DNA of 64,000 nucleotides from the human T2T-CHM13v2.0 reference genome, Homo sapiens. Shown in pieces: positions 56,638 through 64,000 of the stretch (position 1 is the first letter of the stretch; each line of letters begins with the position of its first letter). Location of the stretch: NCBI RefSeq assembly GCF_009914755.1, contig NC_060934.1; one strand, written 5' to 3'. Position numbers and translations under genes: made by a program. The notes beneath the pieces are model-generated. The model did not search any database. It was not told the DNA's origin and saw nothing but the letters and a program-made list of their open reading frames with translations.

Positions 56638-57483
56638 CGTAAAGAATCAGTGGACTGAAGATAGTACAGTAAAAATGGCCAAATTTGACTAACTGTAAGA
56701 AGACAGACTGGAAAAAACAAAAGCACCTCACAGACCTTGAGATTATGACGGAATATCTAAAATTCACTTCTGAGTTCTGGAAGAAGAAAGAAAAAGGTAG
56801 GACTGAAAAAATATTGGGAAAAATAGTAGAAAACTTTCCAAATTAGGCAAGAAATTTAAGCAAACGGAATTAAGAAGCTTACAAAATATAAGCAGGATAA
56901 ACCCAAAGAAATACATACCTGACAATCCTAATTTCTTTTCTAAAATTTAAACACATTCACACACAGTCTTAAAAACAGTGAGAAAATGGTACTTTACCTA
57001 TATAGGCAAAATAATTCAAATAACAGCATATTTATCTTTAGAAATCACAGGCCCAGAGAAAGTATAATAATATTTTTTAAGAACAAACAAATCAATGCAG
57101 ACACTTATGTCCATCAAAAATATTATTTAAGAATGAAAGAAAATCAAGACATTCTTGGTTGAAACAAAAATAAGAAAATGTATTGCCTGCAAAACTATAT
57201 AGCTAAGGGAAGTTCTCAATACAAAACAAAAATGATAAAAGAAGAAACCTTGGAACATTAGAAAGGAAAAAATAATGTGATAAGCAAAAATACGGGCAAA
57301 TAAAATAGGGTTTCTTTTTTTGAGTTTCTAAATTATGTTTGACAGGTAAAGAAATAAATACTATCTGATACAGTTCTACATGTATGTAAAAGGACTTTTG
57401 TAAGGCAGTAAGATTATAAGTAAGCAAAGATAAAGTTCATTTTAGCCCACTGAGTGTAAAGGATGATAAATTTTCTATACTTT

Positions 57484-60467
57484 CTAATTATTGCCTCAAC
57501 TTCAGATCCTGTAATTGGTCTATTCAGAGATTCGTTTTCTTCCTGATTTAGTCTTGGGAGGGTGTATATGTCCAGGAATTTATCCACTTCTTCTAGATTT
57601 TCTAGTTTATTTGCTTAGAGGTGTTTATAGTATTCTCTGATGGTAGTTTGTGTTTCTGTGGAATTGGTGGTAATAGCCCCTTTAGCATTTTTTATTGCAT
57701 CTATTGGATTCTTCTCTCTTTTCTTCTTTATTAGTCTTGTTAGTGGTCTATCTATTTTGTTGATCTTTTCAAAAAAACCAGCTTCTGGGTTCATTGATTT
57801 TTTGAAGGATTTTTTTATGTCTCTATCTCATTCAGTTCTGCTCTGATCTTAGTTATTTCTTGCCTTCTGCTAGCTTTTGAATTTGTTTGCTCTTGCTTGT
57901 CTAGTTCTTTTAATTGTGATGGTAGGGTTCGATTTTAGATCTTTCTGGCTTTCTCTTGTTGGCATTTAGTGCTATAAATTTCCCTCTATACACTGCTTTA
58001 AATGAGTCCCTGAGATTCTGGTTCATTGTGTCTTTGTTCTCATGGGTTTCAAAGAACATCTTTATTTCTGCCTTCATTTTGTTATTTACCCAGTAGTTAT
58101 TCAAGATCGGGTTGTTCAGTTTCCATGTAGTTTTGCAGTTTTGAGTGAGCTTCTTAATTCTGAGTTCTAATTTGATTGCACTGTGGTCTGAGAGACTGTT
58201 ACGATTTCGTTTCTTTTGAATTTGCTGATGAGTGTTTTACTTCCAATTATGTGGTCAATTTTAGAATAAGTGAGATGTGGTGCTGAGAAGAATGTATATC
58301 CTCTTGATTTGGGGTGGGGAGTTCTGCAGATATCTATTTGGTCTGCTTGGTCCAGAGCTGAGTTCAAATCCTGGATATCCTTGTTAACCTTCTGTCTTGT
58401 TGATCTGTCTAATATTGACAGTGGTGTGTTGAAGTCTCACATTATCATTGTGTGGGAATCTAAGTCTCCTTGTAAGTCTCTAAGAACTTGCTTTATGAAT
58501 GTGGGTGCTCCTGTATTGGGTGCATACATATTTAGGATAGTTAGCTCTTCTTGGTGAATTGATCCCTTTACCATTATGTAGTGGCCTTCTTTGTCTCTTT
58601 TGATCTTTGTTGGTCTAAAGTCTGTTTTATCAGAGACTACGATTGCAACCTCTGCTTTTTTTTTTGCTTTCCTTTTGGTTGGTAGATCTTCCTCCAGCCC
58701 TTTATTTTGAGCCTATGTGTGTCTTTGCATGTGAGAAAGGTTTCCTGAATACAGCACACTGAGAGGTCTTGACTCTTTATCCAATTTGCCAGTCTGTGTC
58801 TTTTAATTGGGGCATTTAGCCCATTTACATTTAAGGTTAATATTGTTATGGTTGAATTTGATCCTGTCATTATGATTTTAGCTGTTTATTTTGCCTGTTA
58901 ATTGATACAGTTTCTTCATAGCATTGATGATCTTTACAATTTGGCATGTTTTTGCAGTGGCTGGTACTGGTTGTTCCTTTCCATGTTTACTGCTTCCTTC
59001 AGGAGCTCTTGTAAGGCAGGCCCGGTGGTGACAAAATCTCTCAGCATTTGCTTGTCTGTAAAGGATTTTATTTCTCCTTCACTTATGAAGCTTAGTTGAG
59101 CTGGATATGAGATTTTGGATTGAAAATTCTTTCATTTAAGAATGTTGAATATTGGTCCCCACTCTCTTCTGGCTTGTAGGGTTTCTGCCGAGATATCCGC
59201 TGTTAGTCTGATGGGCTTCCCTTTGAGGGTAACCCGACCTTTCTCCCTGGCTGCCCTTAACATTTTTTCATTCATCTCAACCTTGGTGAATCCAACAATT
59301 ATGTGTCTTGGGGTTGCTCTTCTCAAGGAGTATCTTTGTGGTGTTCTCTGTATTTCCTGAATTTGAATGTTGGCCTGCCTTGCTGGGTTGGGGAAGTTCT
59401 CCTGCATAATATCCTGAAGAGTGTTTCCTAACTTGGTTCCATTCTCCCTGTCACTTTCTTGTACACCAATCCAATGTATATTTGGTTTTTTCACATGGTC
59501 CCGTATTTCTTGCAGGCTTTGTTCATTTATTTTCACTATTTTTTCTCTAATCTTGTCCTCTCACTTTATTTCATTAATTTGATCTTCAATCACTGATATC
59601 CTTTCTTCCACTTGATCAATTGGTTATTGAAGCTTGTGCATGTGTCACATAGTTCTCGTGCCATGGTTTTCAGCACCATCAGGTCATTAAAGGTCTTCTG
59701 CACACTGTTTATTCAGTTAGCCATTCGTCTAACCTGTTTTCAAGGTTTTTAGCTTCCTTGCGATGGGTTAGAACATGCTCCTTTAGCTCGGAGAAGTTTT
59801 CTATTACCGACCTTCTGAAGCCTACTTCTGTCAACTCATCAAACTCATTCTCCATCCAGTTTTGTTCCCTTGTTGGCAAGGAGCTGCGATCCTTTGGAGG
59901 AGAAGAGGTGCTCTGGTTTTTGGAATTTTCAGCTTTTCTCCTCTGGTTTCTCCCCATCTTTGTGGTTTTTATCTGCCTTTTGTCTTTGATGTTGTTGACC
60001 TACAGGTGGGGTTTTGGTGTGGATGTCCTTTTTGTTTATGTTGATATTACTCCCTTCTGTTTGTCAGTTTTCCTTCTAACAGTCAGGCCCCTCAGCTGCA
60101 GGTCTGTTGGAGTTTACTGGACGTCCACACCAGATCCTGTTTGCCTGGGTATCATCAGAGGAGGCTGCAGAACAGCAAATATTGCTGCCTGATCCTTCCT
60201 CTGGAAGCTTTGTCCCAGAGGGGCACCCACCTATTTGAGATGTCTGTTGGTGCCCACTGGGAGGTGTCTCCCAGTCAGGCTATGTGGGGATCAGAGACCC
60301 ACTTGAGGAGGTAGTCTGTCCATTCTCAGAGCTTGAATGCCATGCTGAGAGAACCACTGCTCTCTTCAGAGCTCAGCTGGAAATGCAGAAATCACCCGTC
60401 TTCTGCATCAATCTCTCTGGGAGGTGCAGACTGAAGCTGTTCCTATTTGGCCATCTTGGAAGTGACC
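57484..60467 (-). mobile_element. L1PA7-like 5' half with a spliced 5'UTR (SpIRE), 3' half missing
   Basis: YY1 site GGCCATCTT 60449-60457; splice junction between 60372 and 60371; ORF1 ATG at 59957 (MGRNQRRKAENSKNQ); ORF2 ATG at 58870 (MTGSNSTITILTLNVNGLNAPIKRHRL); stops just before the KKSPGPDGF region with no poly(A). Confidence 0.92.
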
Positions 60468-60535
60468 TCAAGTGATCTGCTCACCTTGGCCTCCCAAAGT
60501 ACTGGGATTACAGGTGTGTGCCACCACACCAGGCT
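60463..60535 (-). mobile_element. Alu 5' fragment (first ~73 nt) abutting the L1 5' end
   Basis: TGACCTCAAGTGATCTGCTCACCTTGGCCTCCCAAAGTACTGGGATTACAGGTGTGTGCCACCACACCAGGCT. Confidence 0.9.
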
Positions 60536-61567
60536 GACAGCCATAGTTTTGTGGCTCCTCACATGGCCTTTCTTCTGTGCTTGCAAACAAAGGATGTTTT
60601 TTAAAGGTCAATAAAGTCTACAATCCTCTAGAAAGATAGCTGAAAATGACATAAATTACTCATATCATAAAGGAACCAGAATATTAATATAGTACCTGAC
60701 TATATAAAAATAATTAATAAAGGGATACTAAATCAACCCTGCAAACATAAGCTTGAAAACATAAACAAAATGCACCAAATCCTCAAAAAATACAATCGTA
60801 ACACACCCAATATAAAATGTATAATTAGAATAAACCAATTACTATTACTTAATTTGAATTTGTAATTCTTAAATTTTCAAGGAAACAAATCTTCAGTAAC
60901 ATATGGTTTCACAGGAAAATTTGTGCCAAACATTCAAGTAATTGCAATAATATAATCTCTTTCATAAAATAGAGTAGGAGGGACACTTTCTAACTTATTT
61001 CCTGAAGCTAGTATTGCTCTATACTAAAACCAGACCAGCTCAGTACAAAAAAGAAATCCATTTTCTTCATGAGTATAGATACACAAATCTTGAACAAAAT
61101 ATTGGCAAATAGAATTTATCAGTATACAAAAAGAAATATACATGAGGACCAAGTAGGGTCTATTCCAGTTGTGCAAGGCTGGTATTCAAAAATCAATTAA
61201 CGTAATCCACCATTTTAACAGGTTAGAATCACTAAAATCACATAATCATATTGATGCTGAAAAAGCATTTGGTAAAATTCAACATTCATTTGTGATAAAG
61301 AACTCTCAGTAATATAGGAATGAAGAGACTTTTTTTTCAACTTAATTGAGACAAAGTACATGAAACAGCTTAAATTATAGTTAATAGTGAAAGAATGAAC
61401 AAGTTTCACCTAAGACTTGGAACAAAGCAAGGATGTCTGCTCTTACCATGCTTTATCTTCATAGTGCTGGTAGTACTAGCCCAGCACTGAAATAAAAGCG
61501 TACAAAGGAAGAAACAAATTTCCCTACTTGCAGACAACATAATTGTCTACATAGAAAACCACAAATA

Positions 61568-62000
<433 letters not shown>

Positions 62001-62300
62001 TTAAACCCAAAACTACAATCTGACCCAGAAATTACACTCCTGGGCATTTCTCCCAGAGAAACGAAGACCTGTATTCACACAAAAGCCTGTATATGAAGAT
62101 TCATAGCAGCTTTATTTGCAATAGCCCAACACTAGAAACAACTGAGATGTTCTTCTGCAGGTGAATGGTTAAACAAGCTGTAGCACATCCTTATCATGTA
62201 ATATTACTTAATATAAAGGAATTAACTATTGAATCATGGAACATTACCTAATAAAAAGGAATTAACTATTGATGCACATGACAGCCTAGACAAATCTCTA

Positions 62301-62580
62301 GGGGGATGTAAGGATGGTTAATGGGTATGAAAAAATAGAATGAATAAAACATACTGTATTTGATAGCACATCAGGGTGACTATCATCGATTATAACTGTA
62401 CATTTTAAAATAACTTGAGTTTAATTTGATTGTTTGCAACTCAATGAATCAATACTTGAGGGGATTGATACACTATTCTTCATAATGTGCTTATTTTGCA
62501 TTTTGCATACCTGTATCAAAATATCTAATATACCCTATAAATATATACATCTACTATGTTACTACAAAAATTAAAAAAAA
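62301..62580 (+). mobile_element. L1MA1/2 3' end
   Basis: GGATGGTTAATGGGTA...TTTGATAGCACATCAGGGTGACTAT...CCTGTATCAAAATATCT...ACAAAAATTAAAAAAAA. Confidence 0.85.
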
Positions 62581-62886
62581 GGGAATCCTAAAAAAGTTAA
62601 TAGTATATGGTTTCATTTCCATAATATTCTTGAAATAAGAAATTTATAGAAATTTAGAGCAGACTAGTGGTTTCCAAAGTTTAAGGATGAATGAGACTAT
62701 GAGGGAAGTAGGTGTGCAACAGGTATAAAAGTGCAACATGAGGCATCCTTGGGATGATTGGGCTGATGGAAACATTCTGTGTCTTGAATGTATCAATCTT
62801 TTATTTCCAATTACATATGAATGTATGATTATTTCATATTAATAAAAAGTTTAATTAAAATGTTCGAATTAAAATATACAATATCC

Positions 62887-63177
62887 GGCTAGGAGCGGTG
62901 TCTCACACCTGTAATCCTAACATTTTGGGAATACGACGAGGGTGGATTGCTTGAGCCCATGAGTTTGAGCCCAGCCTGGGAAATATGGCAAAACGCCCTC
63001 TCTACAGAAACACACACACACAAAATTAGTTGGGCATGGTGGCCTGCACCTGTAGCCCCAGCTACCTAAGAGGCTGAGGTTGGAGGATCACTTGAGCCTG
63101 GGGAGATCAAGGCTGAAGTGAGCCATGATTATGCCACTGCACTCCAGCCTGGGCAACAGGGAGAGACCCTACCTCAA

Positions 63178-63215
<38 letters not shown>

Positions 63216-63226
63216 ACACACACACA
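62887..63226 (+). mobile_element. AluJ with (CA)n in both the middle linker and the tail
   Basis: GATTGCTTGAGCCC...CTACAGAAACACACACACACAAAATTAG...GATCAAGGCTG...CCTCAAATA(CA)n. Confidence 0.92.
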
Positions 63227-63439
63227 ATATATATATATTGTATAATGTATGTATATTATATATATGTTAGCATGTATACACATACACAAGATGTATATTA
63301 ATGCATCTATCATCTAAGTATTAGTCCATGTAATATTTTTCCTTGATATAATATCTTGCTATTAGCAAAAGGTTGGTTTTCACGTAAATATTTCATAAAA
63401 AACTTTAAATCAAATAGCAAAAAACATTAATTCAAAAGT

Positions 63440-63840
63440 TATTTTAATTCAGAAAACCATTTAACGTTAAGCAAAGGCTTTAACTGAGAAAACGGTGTTA
63501 GTGGAAGAATACCAATATATGTTCTAAACTTATGATAATGGAACAAGTGTGGCAATAGAATAGGAATAGAAAAATCAAACAGAAAGTGTTTAGATATTGA
63601 GTTATGTGTGAATGTGTTTAGGTAGATAGATAGATACAAACTGATATTTAATAAAAGAGGCACTCACCATTAGAACAAAACATTTGATGAGATTAAGAAA
63701 AATAAAAGGTTCCCTAATATATACTGTATATAGAATTAAATTCCAGACATATTAATGTAAAAAGATAGCAGCAAAAGAACTAGAAGCATAAATAGAAATC
63801 TCTTTTTAAAAATCTTGCTGCAGGGAAGGCCTTCTTATAT
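63440..63840 (+). mobile_element. L1ME ORF2 fragment
   Basis: GTGGAAGAATACC...GAATAGAAAAATC...AATTCCAGACATATTAA...ACTAGAAG...GGGAAGGCCTTC. Confidence 0.5.
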
Positions 63841-64000
63841 ATTTTTATCTTTTTATTTAATTTTGAATAAATAATAATTAAAACTTCTTCCTGATTTTAA
63901 AATGCATGGAAGGATATATAGCGAAAAGTTTATTTTTCTTTTGTACCCAGCCCAGTTCTCCTCTCCATAGGCAACCAGAGTTAATAGTCTCCTGTAAAAC

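Larger units (their letters stand above)
55172..57483 (+). mobile_element. Ancient L1M (MD/M4-type) 5'UTR and ORF1; ORF2 and 3' parts resume at ~60590-62860
   Basis: CAACAAGATGG start; ORF1-like AAATGGAAATTTTAAAACTAAGAAATACAATAACC...GATGGGCTCGAC...AATCAAGACATTCT. Confidence 0.7.

Noticed and set aside
51067-60467. The + strand 3' L1 piece and the - strand 5' half as one element split by inversion or twin priming
   Set aside because: They are 4.7 kb apart, ~940 bp of L1 is unaccounted for, the flank after the tail does not match the sequence at the other element's 5' end, and the host L1M keeps its orientation across 57480-60590.

Overview
This is primate (human-like) genomic DNA, AT-rich and CpG-depleted, and mostly transposon-derived. 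I see no protein-coding exon, RNA gene or CpG island. Every long ORF in the track is a decayed L1 ORF1/ORF2 piece or a chance ORF inside a repeat, so the window reads as intergenic or deep-intronic. Main contents: a compound MaLR (MLT1) array at 2.7-9.9 kb packed with younger insertions (MER11 solo LTR, MSTA, MLT1C, Alus); two old L1M scaffolds; a full-length L1PA7 with TSDs (14253-20695); a full-length L1PA13-15-type element with TSDs (33470-40314); a 5'-truncated L1PA7 (51067-52768); and a minus-strand L1PA7-like 5' half (57484-60467). The most interesting signals record retrotransposition mechanism. (1) The minus-strand L1 lacks exactly the 791-nt GT..AG 5'UTR intron present in the full-length copy, so it integrated from a spliced RNA (SpIRE97/622 type), and it is fused at its 5' end to an Alu 5' fragment. 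(2) A TSD-less Alu carries about 63 bp of THE1 internal sequence behind its tail. (3) The full-length L1PA7 has an open antisense ORF0 homologue. (4) Two L1PA7 copies 32 kb apart share non-consensus variants. (5) The MaLR array has an LTR-int-LTR-int-LTR layout. I cannot support a wholly new biological system here. Repeat subfamily names come from recalled consensus sequences, not a search, and boundaries of old repeats are approximate.
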